64,000 nucleotides of DNA from Opitutia bacterium. Its GTDB lineage: Bacteria > Verrucomicrobiota > Verrucomicrobiia > Opitutales > T3Sed10-336. The notes under the pieces are model-generated. The model did no database searches, had not been told where the DNA came from, and was given only the letters and a program-made list of their open reading frames with translations. Each line of letters opens with the position of its first letter. Position 1 is the first letter of the stretch. A program made the position numbers and the translations under genes. Where the stretch lies: the NCBI GenBank assembly GCA_050506795.1, contig JBJHCF010000001.1, positions 160,001-224,000 of the forward strand. The letters run 5' to 3'. This document shows positions 9,776-20,200 of this stretch, piece after piece.

Positions 9776-10780
9776 ATGTTAATAAGGAAACTAATGACCA
9801 GGAAGAATATTGGCAGATCCGGCGGACTCGGACTTTTATGTGTTTTCGGTGCCGTGGCTTGCGTTTCGTCTTACTTGACGGCTCCCGATCTCGGAGCGGC
9901 CGATGCGGAAATCGGTCAGGGGCGGCATATCGTCTTTGTTACCGGGGACGAAGAATACCGCTCGGAGGAAACCATGCCGATGCTGGCGCGAATCCTGAAA
10001 AATCGTTATGGATTCGAGGTTACGGTCTGTTACGCGTTATCCGAGGAAGGCTACATTGACCCTAACCGGACGGATAATATCGTGGGTCTTGAGGCCCTGG
10101 GCGAGGCGGATATGATGATCGTGAATACCCGTTTCCGCAGGTTGCCTGATGATCAGTTGCAGCACATCGTAGACTTTGCGGAGTCGGGGAAACCGATCGC
10201 CGGGTTCCGTACCGCGACCCACGCGTTTCGTTATGGCGGGGATCACGCCAACAGTCATATGGATAACGACTGGCCGTTCGCCGTTTTTGGACAGCGTTGG
10301 ATCAGCCACCACGGGGGGGCCAACTCGACCGACGTTCGAATCCTGGAGGAGCGGGCCGATCATCCGGTTCTCCGCGGGGTACAGCCGAGCTTCCATGTTC
10401 GCAGTTGGCTGTATCATGCCTTGCCACTCCATGAAAACGCGGAGCCATTGCTGGTGGGGTATGCGGTGGAAGGAGCGGAGCCCGGGGGGGATCGTTTCGG
10501 AGATCGCCATCCCATCGCCTGGACCCACCGGTACGACGGAGAAAACGGGTCCAGCCGGGTGTTCTTTACCACCATGGGGCACCCGCGTGACTTCTTCGAT
10601 GAATCCATGCGCAAGCTTTCGTTGAACGGCATCTTCTGGGCCCTTGGTCTGGAGGACAAAATTCCGGACCAAGGCGTAAACGCTGACTTCGTCGGCGATT
10701 ACGATCCGAACGACGCCGGCTTCGGCGAACGTTTCAAACAAAACCTCCGCCCGGAGGATATTCCATTGGCGGTCGATTAA
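9776..10780 (+). CDS. ThuA-like (class I GATase-fold) secreted protein
   Basis: HIVFVTGDEEYRSEE, RTATHAF, HPVLRGV, RVFFTTMGH, N..FWA. Confidence 0.8.
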   Translation: MLIRKLMTRKNIGRSGGLGLLCVFGAVACVSSYLTAPDLGAADAEIGQGRHIVFVTGDEEYRSEETMPMLARILKNRYGFEVTVCYALSEEGYIDPNRTDNIVGLEALGEADMMIVNTRFRRLPDDQLQHIVDFAESGKPIAGFRTATHAFRYGGDHANSHMDNDWPFAVFGQRWISHHGGANSTDVRILEERADHPVLRGVQPSFHVRSWLYHALPLHENAEPLLVGYAVEGAEPGGDRFGDRHPIAWTHRYDGENGSSRVFFTTMGHPRDFFDESMRKLSLNGIFWALGLEDKIPDQGVNADFVGDYDPNDAGFGERFKQNLRPEDIPLAVD

Positions 10781-10827
10781 AAACCAGCCCGATGGATCCA
10801 ATCGTTTCCAAAGAACCCTTTTTGTTC

Positions 10828-11056
10828 GAATGAAGCTCGGTTAAGCAGGTTCGTCATTTGAGAGACCGGATCAAAATCGGAATCGCGCCTCTTCTTCTTG
10901 GAGGGCGGCGCTCCCGCGCCGCCGGTGCGGGCAGGATGCCCGCGCTTCCCAGCCGGCGGCCATAGGGGAGCATGGCCCTCCAAGGGGAGGGCCATGCGAG
11001 TTTAGCTATGCTCGTTGGGATTTTAAACGATAAGGTGCTCAACCCGAGCTCCATTC
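10828..11056. mobile_element. MITE-like element with imperfect terminal inverted repeats enclosing REP-like palindromes
   Basis: Left end GAATGAAGCTCGGTTAAG (10828-10845); right end reverse complement GAATGGAGCTCGGGTTGAG (11038-11056); similar ends at 14111, 35129, 35367 and 51601. Confidence 0.55.
10900..10998. repeat. Cluster of GGAG-type REP-like palindromes (BIME-like)
   Basis: GGCGGCGC-tccc-GCGCCGCC, GCGGGCA-gga-TGCCCGC and GCATGGCCCTCC-aagg-GGAGGGCCATGC between convergent genes. Confidence 0.65.
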
Positions 11057-11066
11057 GGGTTGGGGA

Positions 11067-13736
11067 CTACCATTCCGTGCGTTCGTAATCGAACCATTTG
11101 AAGTCGGCGGGCGCCTGACTGGCGCTGCCGTTACCGGTGGCGAACATTCCGAAGTACACGCCCGTGAAGCTCATCCCGCCGCCGGGCGACATGTGTTCGC
11201 TCGACAGTTCCCGGGTTGGCTGCGTACCTAGGGTGACCTCTTCCCCGCCATTCGCCTGATACCGGAATTCGTAGCTGAGAGGTTCGGCGCTGATCGAAAG
11301 AACCACGTCGCCCTCGGGCAGAGGATCGGACGAAAGAACTTCCGTGGCTTCACCGGCCTGCACCTTTCGCAGGAAAGCGTGGCGGGCGCCATCCACCAGC
11401 CGGATTCCGAACAGGGTGTGATGGCTTTCACGGCCGCGCAGCGCCAGACCGGCTTCCTCGTTGTCATTGCTCGGATTGAATGACATCAGCGTGGCGACCT
11501 CGCAACCCAGGGCGGTTTGCCGGCGGCCAAGGAAGGTGGGGGAGGCACGATCCGAGAGATTATGGGCCGATCCGGTCAGACGCAACCAGCCCGGACGCGC
11601 GTCAAACGAATAGTTATCCTCCACCGGGTTGCGGATATACTGCCACCAGGGAGGGAGATCGGCGCTGTCGAATTCCTGGCGAACCGGTTCATCCGGCCAC
11701 GGATGTTCGGGCAGGCGAGGCGCCGGCATGACTTCGGATATGGGTTCGTTGTTATTGACCACCGGCCAGCCGTCCTCATTCCAGGTTACGGGCGCCAGGA
11801 AGGTTTCTCTTCCAATGTGGTGGTAATTGCCGCCCTGGGGCCGGAATCCGAGAAACACCATCCACCATCCGTCCGGGGTTTCCACCATGTCCGAATGGCC
11901 GAGCGCCTGGAACGGGTGATCCGGGAGATGTCTGTGGGTGAGGATCGGATTGTCGGGATTCGCTTCGAAAGGCCCCCAGGGGGAATCGCTTCGGGCCACT
12001 GTGACCATGTGCCCGTAGCTGGTGCCGCCTTCCGAGATTTTCAGGTACCAGGTGTCGTCAACGTGAAAGAGGTGAGGACCCTCGGGCCAGATGCCTCCGG
12101 TTCCTCGCCAGAGTTCGACCATCTCCCCCTCCAGTTGACCGGTTTCCAGGTTCAGAACCTGTTGTCCGGTGAACCCGCGCTCGCCGTCGACCTGCCGATG
12201 GTAGAGGACCGTTCCATCGTCCATGAAATACAGCGACGGATCGATGCCGGCGGCGTCCAGCCAAACCGGATCGGACCAGGGTCCGGCGGGATCCTCGGCG
12301 GTAACGTAAAAATTGCCGCCGCCCCAGACTGAGGTGGTGATCATGTAAAAAAGGCCGTCGTTATAACGAATGGTGGGAGCGAAAATGCCACCCGACGAGG
12401 GAACGTTTCTCAGATCCAACTGTTCGGTCCGGTGGATGGCGTTGCCGATTTGACGCCAGTTGACCAGGTCGCGACTGTGCATGACGAATACCCCGGGGAA
12501 ATACTCGAAGGTACTGTGCACGGTGTAGTAGTCGTCGCCGACCCGAACCAGGCTGGGATCCGCGTGAAAACCCGGCATGACCGGGTTACGGAAGGTGCGC
12601 GCCTCCTCCATGCTTTGATTGAAACGCTGCGCGGTTTCGATTACCGCGTAGTAGGCCGGTTTGGGCTCGCCGTCATGATCGAAAAGCAGCGGATAGTTGG
12701 TACGCCCGCGAATGGGAAAGTTGTGCAGCCAGGTGTCGCGGTCGGTGACGCCCCAGAAAGTGACCCGGTCGATGACGTCCCGGTATTGCAAATACACTTC
12801 AAACAGTTCGGCGTACCGGCGGGCGAGGCGTTCCTGCATTTCATCCGGCAAACCGTCGGCGTAAGGATTGAGCGCGTCGCCTCCTTCTTCGCGGTGGGCG
12901 ATATCGGCGGTCACCGCTTCCGAACGTGACGGAAGCACGTTGATGTCCAGCTCCGTAATCATGACCCGCATACCGAGGTCGGCGAATGCTTCGATGGTAT
13001 CGGCGACAAGTTGCGGCGACGGCCAGTTGAGGTTGCCGTGCCCCTGGATGCCGACTCCGGTGATCGGTACGCCCGCTTCCTGCAGCGTCCTGACGATGCG
13101 GACCACGCCGGCCCGTTTGGCCGGATTTTCGATCGAGTAATCGTTGTAGTAGAGCTCGGCTTCCGGGTCGGCTTCGTGGGCGAACCGAAAGGCGTGTTCG
13201 ATGTAGTCGTCGCCGATTATCCGGCGCCAGGGTGAATTTCGCAGGGTGCCATCCTCGTTCAGCGCCTCGTTGACCACGTCCCAGCCATGGACTCGTCCCT
13301 GGTAGCGTCCGACGACGGTGTGAATGTGGTCGCGCATGCGTTCCAAAAGTGCCTCACGGTCGAGCGGATTGCCGTCGGCATCCTGGAAAACCCATGACGG
13401 AGTCTGTGAGTGCCAGACCAGAGTGTGGCCGACGATAAACATGCCGTGGCGTTCACCGAAATCTACGAAGCTGTCGGTCGGCCCGAAATTGTACTGGCCG
13501 GGCTGGGGATGGATTGGCTGCCACTTCATCGCGTTCTCAGCGGTGATGGTGTTGAACTGGGAACTCACCAGGGGTTCCCGGGCCGGATTCGTTCGGGAAT
13601 GATGGGATGTGTTCAGCGCCGCTCCGATAAGAAAATGCTCTTTATAGGCCTCCTTGAGCGTGGGAACTTCCTCGGAGGAAGCAGTGGAAACTGCTAATGG
13701 AACCAGCATCAGTAGTGAGATCAGGTATTTTTTCAT
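11067..13736 (-). CDS. Secreted GH10 endo-1,4-beta-xylanase fused to a GH43 beta-xylosidase/arabinofuranosidase
   Basis: Signal peptide; GH10 ENAMKW, GHTLVWHSQ, WDVVNE, YNDY, ITELD; GH43 HADPS, IDPS, PEGPH, plus a C-terminal beta-sandwich. Confidence 0.93.
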   Translation of the reverse strand: MKKYLISLLMLVPLAVSTASSEEVPTLKEAYKEHFLIGAALNTSHHSRTNPAREPLVSSQFNTITAENAMKWQPIHPQPGQYNFGPTDSFVDFGERHGMFIVGHTLVWHSQTPSWVFQDADGNPLDREALLERMRDHIHTVVGRYQGRVHGWDVVNEALNEDGTLRNSPWRRIIGDDYIEHAFRFAHEADPEAELYYNDYSIENPAKRAGVVRIVRTLQEAGVPITGVGIQGHGNLNWPSPQLVADTIEAFADLGMRVMITELDINVLPSRSEAVTADIAHREEGGDALNPYADGLPDEMQERLARRYAELFEVYLQYRDVIDRVTFWGVTDRDTWLHNFPIRGRTNYPLLFDHDGEPKPAYYAVIETAQRFNQSMEEARTFRNPVMPGFHADPSLVRVGDDYYTVHSTFEYFPGVFVMHSRDLVNWRQIGNAIHRTEQLDLRNVPSSGGIFAPTIRYNDGLFYMITTSVWGGGNFYVTAEDPAGPWSDPVWLDAAGIDPSLYFMDDGTVLYHRQVDGERGFTGQQVLNLETGQLEGEMVELWRGTGGIWPEGPHLFHVDDTWYLKISEGGTSYGHMVTVARSDSPWGPFEANPDNPILTHRHLPDHPFQALGHSDMVETPDGWWMVFLGFRPQGGNYHHIGRETFLAPVTWNEDGWPVVNNNEPISEVMPAPRLPEHPWPDEPVRQEFDSADLPPWWQYIRNPVEDNYSFDARPGWLRLTGSAHNLSDRASPTFLGRRQTALGCEVATLMSFNPSNDNEEAGLALRGRESHHTLFGIRLVDGARHAFLRKVQAGEATEVLSSDPLPEGDVVLSISAEPLSYEFRYQANGGEEVTLGTQPTRELSSEHMSPGGGMSFTGVYFGMFATGNGSASQAPADFKWFDYERTEW

Positions 13737-14110
13737 GGTAGGTTGACGATAGATTTAGAAGGATATTATTGGCTGTTAATCACCACCTATTGACAGGGGC
13801 TGCGATCGGCGGTGCCGATTCGTACTTCATAAAACGGCGATCCGCATTCAGGGATCCATGCTCGCGGGGAATGTGCTGCAGAAATATGATGGTTACCGAA
13901 GCGTCGACCGCCGCGGCGGGAAATGCCGGCGCAAACCGTTCCTTTCCGGACACGGCCAGCGACAGCACACGGCCTGTTGCGACTGATTTGGACGGAATTC
14001 TCATTCGGAGGTTTCGGGTACGGTGGAAATAATTGGAAAGAAGTGCCTGATGGGCGTCGATGGCGGGATGAGTCTAACAATAGACTTTGCGAAGCGTTTA
14101 AGCTGAGGAT

Positions 14111-14166
14111 GAATGGAACTCGGTTAAGGGCGGTGATCGAAACAGTGTTGTCCAACCGTGCCATTC
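14111..14166. repeat. Internally reduced copy of the MITE-like repeat
   Basis: GAATGGAACTCGGTTAAG (14111-14128) and a degenerate inverted partner TCCAACCGTGCCATTC (14151-14166). Confidence 0.4.
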
Positions 14167-14227
14167 AGGTTAACACCGACCGGAGCACCTCTTCACCCGG
14201 GCACGGCGACACGATCGGTTATTGACC

Positions 14228-16978
14228 TCAATCGCGGGCGGCGGAGGAACCGTCAAGCGCCGCCTGGGCGGCGGCCAGGCGGGCGACCGGGACGCGATGA
14301 GGAGCGCAGCTGACGTAGTCCAGGCCGATTCGGTGAAAGAAACAGATCGAATCGGGATCGCCCCCGTGTTCCCCGCAGATGCCGAGTTTGAGATCGGGCC
14401 GGCCTTTGCGGCCGCGTTTGACGGCCATTTCCACCAGGAATCCGACTCCGATGGTGTCCAGGGTGGCAAAGGGGTTGCCGGCGATAATGTCCAGCTTCTC
14501 GTAGGGCGCCAGAAATGTGGCCGAATCGTCGCGGCTCATCCCGAGGGTTGTCTGGGTGAGATCGTTGGTGCCGAAACTGAAAAACGCGGCATCGCGAGCC
14601 AACTCCTCGGCCGCGATGGCGGCGCGCGGGATTTCGATCATGGTGCCGATGGGGCAGTCGATTTTAAGCCCCGCCTGTTTTCCGATCTCGGTGGCGATTC
14701 GCCGGACGATCTCCGCCTGGTGCTGTAGTTCGCCGGGGAAACCGACCAGAGGGATCATGACTTCCGCCTTTGGTTTGATGCCGAATTCTTTGCGCACCGT
14801 GACGACTGCTTCGAAGAGGGCCCGCGCCTGCATTTCGGTGATTTCCGGAAAGGTGATTCCCAGGCGGCACCCGCGGTGGCCGAGCATGGGATTCTGTTCG
14901 TGCAATTCCCGCAGGCGTTGAGCCAGGGCCTGGTTGGAAAGTCCCAAACGGGAGGCGAGGGCGCCGTCCGGGTTGTCGTGGTCGGGAAGGAACTCATGCA
15001 ACGGCGGATCGAGAAGCCGAACCGTGAGCGGGAGGTCGTTGAGCACCCGCAAGAGTTCAACGAAGTCGGCGCGCTGGAATTTCGCCAGACGCTTCAAGGC
15101 CCGTTCGCGAACCCCGGCGGACGGCGCCAAAATCATTTCCCGCACGTATTCGAGCCGCTTTTCGTGAAAGAACATGTGCTCCGTGCGGCAGAGTCCAATA
15201 CCCTCCGCGCCGAGGGCCACCGCTTCCCGCGCCTGTTCGGGGGTGTCGGCGTTGGCCCGTACTCCCAAACGGCGTTCGCGGTCCGACCAGCGCATGACCC
15301 GGTTGAACGCCTGATAAGGTCCGCTGGCCGCGGGATCGCCTTTGCCGTGGATGACTTGAATGACCTCGGCGGGTTCAGTGTCCAACTCGCCGGCGAACAC
15401 CTCGCCGGTAGTGCCATCGATAGAAATCGTGTCCCCTTCCTTTAACCGAACGTCGTCGGCCCGCATTTCGCGTTTGGCGTAGTCGATGTTGATCCGCGAA
15501 GCGCCGGCCACGCACACCTTTCCCAACTGACGCGCCACCAGGGCGGCGTGAGAGCTGACGCCGCCGCGGGCGGTGAGAATCCCCTCCGCCGCCAGCATGC
15601 CGTGGATGTCCTCCGGCGAGGTTTCGTGACGACAGAGAATCACCTTTTCACCTTTCCGCCCCAGGCGTTCGGCTTCCCGTGAACTGAAGACAATCCTGCC
15701 GGATGCGGCCCCCGGACCCGCGGGAAGTCCGGTCGCGATCACCTTAACTGTCCGTCCGCCATCCCGGCTGAAGACCGGGGTAAGGAGCGTCGATATGGAG
15801 TCAGCGGGGATTCGCTTCAGGGCCGTGGTGGAATTGATGAGGCGCTCCTTGACCATGTCGGTCGCGACTTTGACCGCGGCGAGGCCCGTGCGTTTTCCGT
15901 TGCGGGTCTGCAGCATATGCAGACGGTCGTCCTCGATCGTGAACTCGAAATCCTGCAGATCGCGAAAGTGGCGTTCCAGCTTTCGGGCCAGTTTCTCCAG
16001 TTGCCGATGGGCCTCCGGCATATCTTGCGCCAGTTCGGCGATCGCCTTAGGTGTGCGGATACCGGCGACCACGTCCTCGCCCTGGGCGTTAAGCAGGTAT
16101 TCACCGTAAAGCGACTTTTCGCCGGTGGCGGGGTTTCGGGTGAAGGCAACTCCGGTTCCCGAGCGGCTTCCCCGGTTGCCGAACACCATGGCCTGCACAT
16201 TCACCGCCGTTCCCCATTCGCGGGGAATGCTGTACTTCCTTCGATACACCACCGCCCGTTCGCTTTCCCATGACGCGAAAACGGAGCCAATCGATTCCCG
16301 CAACTGTTCCCAGACATCCTGAGGGAAAGGCAATCCGGTGATACGTTTTATCAGAGTTTTGTATCCTTCAATCAGCCCGGCCAGTTCCTCCGCTTCGAGT
16401 TCGGCGTCGGTTTCGACCCCGGCACGGGTCCTGGCTTTCCCCAGGATTTCATCAAATGGGTCTTCCGAATGATCGTCGTTCGGACGGACGCCCATAACCA
16501 CGTCGCCGTACATTTGTATGAACCGACGATAGCAGTCACGGGCGAAGCGGGGATCTTCGGTTTCGCGGGCCAGGCCCTCTACGGTTTTATCGTTGAGACC
16601 CAGGTTTAGAATCGTGTCCATCATGCCGGGCATGGAGGAGCGGGCGCCGGATCGAACGGAGAGCAGCAACGGATTGTCGGGGTCGCCAAAACGGCGGCCG
16701 GTTTGCGCTTCGAGGTCGCCTACCGCGTCACGGACATCCCGATACAAGTCGTCCGGCAAGGTGCGACCGTTTTCATGATAAAGGTTGTAGACCTCGGTGG
16801 TCAGCGTGAACCCGGGCGGGACCGGCAATCCGATGCGCGCCATTTCGGCCAGGTTCGCGCCTTTCCCGCCAAGCAGGGCGGCTTGTGCGCCGTCGCCGTC
16901 GGTTTTTTTTCCGAAGCGGTAAATCAGTTTCGGTTTGCGGTGCCGGGCGGCGGGTTTTTTATTTTTGGATTTTCCCAT
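14228..16978 (-). CDS. ppdK: Pyruvate, phosphate dikinase
   Basis: LLGGKGANLAEM, SVRSGA..SMPGMMDT, GG.SSHAA (phospho-His), GIGLCRTEHMF, GTNDLTQ, GICGEHGGDP. ATG at 16978 preferred over the longer ORF start at 17038. Confidence 0.97.
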   Translation of the reverse strand: MGKSKNKKPAARHRKPKLIYRFGKKTDGDGAQAALLGGKGANLAEMARIGLPVPPGFTLTTEVYNLYHENGRTLPDDLYRDVRDAVGDLEAQTGRRFGDPDNPLLLSVRSGARSSMPGMMDTILNLGLNDKTVEGLARETEDPRFARDCYRRFIQMYGDVVMGVRPNDDHSEDPFDEILGKARTRAGVETDAELEAEELAGLIEGYKTLIKRITGLPFPQDVWEQLRESIGSVFASWESERAVVYRRKYSIPREWGTAVNVQAMVFGNRGSRSGTGVAFTRNPATGEKSLYGEYLLNAQGEDVVAGIRTPKAIAELAQDMPEAHRQLEKLARKLERHFRDLQDFEFTIEDDRLHMLQTRNGKRTGLAAVKVATDMVKERLINSTTALKRIPADSISTLLTPVFSRDGGRTVKVIATGLPAGPGAASGRIVFSSREAERLGRKGEKVILCRHETSPEDIHGMLAAEGILTARGGVSSHAALVARQLGKVCVAGASRINIDYAKREMRADDVRLKEGDTISIDGTTGEVFAGELDTEPAEVIQVIHGKGDPAASGPYQAFNRVMRWSDRERRLGVRANADTPEQAREAVALGAEGIGLCRTEHMFFHEKRLEYVREMILAPSAGVRERALKRLAKFQRADFVELLRVLNDLPLTVRLLDPPLHEFLPDHDNPDGALASRLGLSNQALAQRLRELHEQNPMLGHRGCRLGITFPEITEMQARALFEAVVTVRKEFGIKPKAEVMIPLVGFPGELQHQAEIVRRIATEIGKQAGLKIDCPIGTMIEIPRAAIAAEELARDAAFFSFGTNDLTQTTLGMSRDDSATFLAPYEKLDIIAGNPFATLDTIGVGFLVEMAVKRGRKGRPDLKLGICGEHGGDPDSICFFHRIGLDYVSCAPHRVPVARLAAAQAALDGSSAARD

Positions 16979-17039
16979 CACTCTTGATTCCCAACGTTCT
17001 CGATATTGTCCGTTTCCGGTCGCGCGGAGGAGCGCCATT

Positions 17040-17537
17040 CTAATGTCTTTTCACCTGTTTTTCTCGTCTGATCAAACGTCGAACGGCGTCCAGGGCGGCG
17101 TCGAGATTGGCCGAGGCCACCGGTGAAAGCTGCTCTTCCCATCCAAAGCGTTCGCCGGGAATGGTGATCAGGGTGGCCGGCGGCGCCGTGCCGTTGACTT
17201 GCCGGGCCAGGGAGAGGATGCGCGAAGGATTGAAGTGGTGAGTCGTTGCGTCGCCGCCTTCAACCGGTTGCGAAACAGGCAGCCGGGTCTCCATTCGGCG
17301 TCCGGTTTCGGGGGTGGCGTCCACAAAGACCACGTGCTGTTTGTCGCTCAGCTCGGCGGCCACCTCCGGATTGAGTTGCCGCAGCGAAAGGGTTTTTACC
17401 CCATCCAGACGCCAGGACTCCACTTCGTCCGCCAGGCGGCGACCGGCGCCGTCGTCGCCGCGCAATTCGTTCCCGTAACCGATGATAAGGATGTCGCGGT
17501 CGGATTGTCGGGAAGAACTATTCTCTGGTCCGTTCAT
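17040..17537 (-). CDS. hoxW: Hydrogenase maturation protease
   Basis: [23 protein letters not shown]; directly after hoxH. Confidence 0.9.
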   Translation of the reverse strand: MNGPENSSSRQSDRDILIIGYGNELRGDDGAGRRLADEVESWRLDGVKTLSLRQLNPEVAAELSDKQHVVFVDATPETGRRMETRLPVSQPVEGGDATTHHFNPSRILSLARQVNGTAPPATLITIPGERFGWEEQLSPVASANLDAALDAVRRLIRREKQVKRH

Positions 17538-18954
17538 CCAGCTTCTCTCCTTTCGGTCCGAATAGAATCACTTGCAAGGGCATCTGTCCGAAAGCGTGGG
17601 TGGAACAGCTTAAACAAGGGTCGAAGGCGCGTACGCCCGCCTCGATACGATTGAGAAACCCTTCCGGGATCTCCCGGTTGCGGATGTAGTGACGGGCGGC
17701 CTGCAGGACGGTTCGGTTCATGGCCAGATTATTCTGGCCGGTGGCGATGATCAGATTGACCTTGAGGATGAGACCGTGCTCGTCGACCTGGTAATCGTGA
17801 AAGAGGGTTCCCCGGGGGGCTTCGCTCACGCCCACACCGCTGGTCCTGTTGATTCCCGCCTCGGCGCGGACGCGGCTGGAGAGCAGGTCCGGATCGTCCA
17901 AAAGGAGCGCGGCCGTTTCCACGGATGCGATGATCTCCACCAGGCGGGCGTAATGGTAGAAGAACGACGAGGTAACGGGTTTCTCGCCGGCGGTTTGGCG
18001 AAACTTCCGACGCGCCTGTTCCGCCAGCGGAGTCGGCATGCGTTCGCAGATATTGAGTCGGGCCAGCGGTCCGACGCGATAGGCTCCGTTCGGGTAGCCG
18101 TGTTCTTTGTAGTAAGGGAATTTTAAATACGACCAGGGTTCGACCGCTTCGCCTATCAGTGTGCGATATTCGCGCGGGTCCACCTTATCCGCGATGATGG
18201 CGCCCTCGGCATCCATAACGCGGAGCACGCCGTCGTAGTGTTCCCATCCCCCGTCCCGGGTGACCAGTCCGAGAAACAGGCTGGGGAAGTTTCCCAATGC
18301 ATCGGCTTCCTCTGAGAAACGGCCGGAGATCTTCTGGAAGAGCTCCAACGCCTCTTCCGCGATGCGCATGGCTTCGGGAAGGCGCGCTTTCAGGCGATCG
18401 CGACCTTCTTCGCCCAGAGGCGCCCGGACTCCACCGGGAACCGCCCAACTCGGGTGGATCTTTTTTCCCCCGAGCGCTTCGATGACTTCCTGACCGAATT
18501 GACGCAAGCGGATGCCGTCCCGGGCGATCTTCGGCTCGGCGGCCATTAGGCCGAACACGTTGCGCTTGGCGGGATCGCTGTCCATGCCCAGCAGGAGATC
18601 CGGGGCGCTCAGATGGAAAAAGCTCAAGGCGTGGGATTGGATGATCTGACCGAGATTCATCAACCGGCGCAGTTTGTCGGCCGCCGGGGGAATCGCTACG
18701 GCCAGGATGTCGTCACCGGCCTTGGCTGACGCCAGCAGGTGGCTGACCGGACAAATTCCACAGATGCGACCGGTGATTCCCGGCATTTCCCACAAAGGAC
18801 GTCCTTCGCAGAATTTCTCGAAGCCCCGGAATTCGGTCACATGAAAACGGGCGTCGGCCACTTGCCCGTCGTCATCGAGATGCAACGTGATCCTGGCGTG
18901 ACCCTCCAGCCGGGTCACCGGGTCGATGGTCACGATTCTGCCTTTTTTCGTCAT
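17518..18954 (-). CDS. hoxH: Bidirectional NAD-coupled [NiFe]-hydrogenase large subunit (group 3d)
   Basis: [11 protein letters not shown]1 [19 protein letters not shown]2 DPCLSCSTH followed by a cleavable tail. Confidence 0.96.
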   Translation of the reverse strand: MTKKGRIVTIDPVTRLEGHARITLHLDDDGQVADARFHVTEFRGFEKFCEGRPLWEMPGITGRICGICPVSHLLASAKAGDDILAVAIPPAADKLRRLMNLGQIIQSHALSFFHLSAPDLLLGMDSDPAKRNVFGLMAAEPKIARDGIRLRQFGQEVIEALGGKKIHPSWAVPGGVRAPLGEEGRDRLKARLPEAMRIAEEALELFQKISGRFSEEADALGNFPSLFLGLVTRDGGWEHYDGVLRVMDAEGAIIADKVDPREYRTLIGEAVEPWSYLKFPYYKEHGYPNGAYRVGPLARLNICERMPTPLAEQARRKFRQTAGEKPVTSSFFYHYARLVEIIASVETAALLLDDPDLLSSRVRAEAGINRTSGVGVSEAPRGTLFHDYQVDEHGLILKVNLIIATGQNNLAMNRTVLQAARHYIRNREIPEGFLNRIEAGVRAFDPCLSCSTHAFGQMPLQVILFGPKGEKLDERTRE

Positions 18955-19487
18955 TCGGTTTCCTTCTCTCCTCCCAAAGCGTTTAGCAGCAACTCACGAA
19001 TGGCGGCGGGGGAGGGCGGGCAGCCGCGGAGGTAGGCGTCGACCTTGACCACCTGGTGCAGCGGAAGCACCCGGGGAAGCAGTTCGGGCACCACCGGATG
19101 CTCCCGGGGAATGCCGGGCCGGGTGTCCGCTTCCTCCACGTAGGCGCGTTTCAAAAACGTCTCCGGGCCTCCGAGCGGATTGCGCAGGGCGGTGACATTG
19201 CCGGTGACCGCGCAATCGCCGAAGGCCACCAGGATTTTGCTTCGGGCGCGCACTTTGCGAATGAGTTCCAGATTGTCCTCGTTCGCGACCGCCCCCTCCA
19301 CCAGGACGGCGTCCACGTTCTCCGGGTATTCCTTGACGTCGGCGATGGGGCTGAAAACCACATCCGCTATTTCCGCCAGGTCGAAGAGCCATTCGTCCAG
19401 GTCGAGGAACGACATGTGGCACCCCGAACAGCCGGCGAGCCATACGGTGGCGATACGAGGCCGGAAGTGTTTTTCTTTGCGACTCAT
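18951..19487 (-). CDS. hoxY: Bidirectional hydrogenase small subunit
   Basis: [22 protein letters not shown]. Confidence 0.93.
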   Translation of the reverse strand: MSRKEKHFRPRIATVWLAGCSGCHMSFLDLDEWLFDLAEIADVVFSPIADVKEYPENVDAVLVEGAVANEDNLELIRKVRARSKILVAFGDCAVTGNVTALRNPLGGPETFLKRAYVEEADTRPGIPREHPVVPELLPRVLPLHQVVKVDAYLRGCPPSPAAIRELLLNALGGEKETE

Positions 19488-20200
19488 GGAGACCACTCCT
19501 TTCTCGCCCGGGCGGCGGAGATGAAACGGATGCGGTCACTGCGGTGCTCCATTTCGCCAACCGTGGATCCCTGTTTGAAGATGGCTCCGGTCGGGCACGC
19601 TTCGGCGCATTTGCCGCACGAGGTGCAACTCAGGGCGTCGCCCCAGGGTTGATTCAGGTCGGTGATGACCCGGGCGTTGGTTCCCCGCCCGGCCAAATCC
19701 CAGGTGTGCGCGCCCTCCAGTTCGTCGCAGGCGCGAATGCAGCGGGTGCATAGAATACAGCGATTGTGGTCGACCCCAAAGCGGGCGTGGGTGATGTCGA
19801 CCGGAAGGTCCGGATGCTGATAGGGAAGCCGAACATGGTCCATGCCCGCCTCGCGGGCCCGGTCCTGCAGTTCGCAGTGCCCGTTGGCCACGCACACCGG
19901 GCAAACATGGTTTCGCTCCGCAAAAAACAGTTCCAGGATCATCCTTCGGTAGCGACGGAGGCGATCCGTGTCGGTGGAAACCTCCATGCCCTCGTCCGCC
20001 GCGGTAACACAGGCCGGCTGCAGCCGGGGGCTGCCTTTGACCTCGACCAGGCAGAGGCGGCAAGCTCCGACAGTCGACAGGCCCTCAAGCGCGCACAGAG
20101 TCGGAATCCCGATGCCGTTTTCGCGCGCCGCTTCCAGCACGGTGGCTCCGGGCGACGCACTGACCAACTCTCCGTTAATTGTGAGGGTCGTAACCTTCAT
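19484..20200 (-). CDS. hoxU: Bidirectional hydrogenase diaphorase Fe-S subunit
   Basis: [40 protein letters not shown]. Confidence 0.94.
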   Translation of the reverse strand: MKVTTLTINGELVSASPGATVLEAARENGIGIPTLCALEGLSTVGACRLCLVEVKGSPRLQPACVTAADEGMEVSTDTDRLRRYRRMILELFFAERNHVCPVCVANGHCELQDRAREAGMDHVRLPYQHPDLPVDITHARFGVDHNRCILCTRCIRACDELEGAHTWDLAGRGTNARVITDLNQPWGDALSCTSCGKCAEACPTGAIFKQGSTVGEMEHRSDRIRFISAARARKEWSP

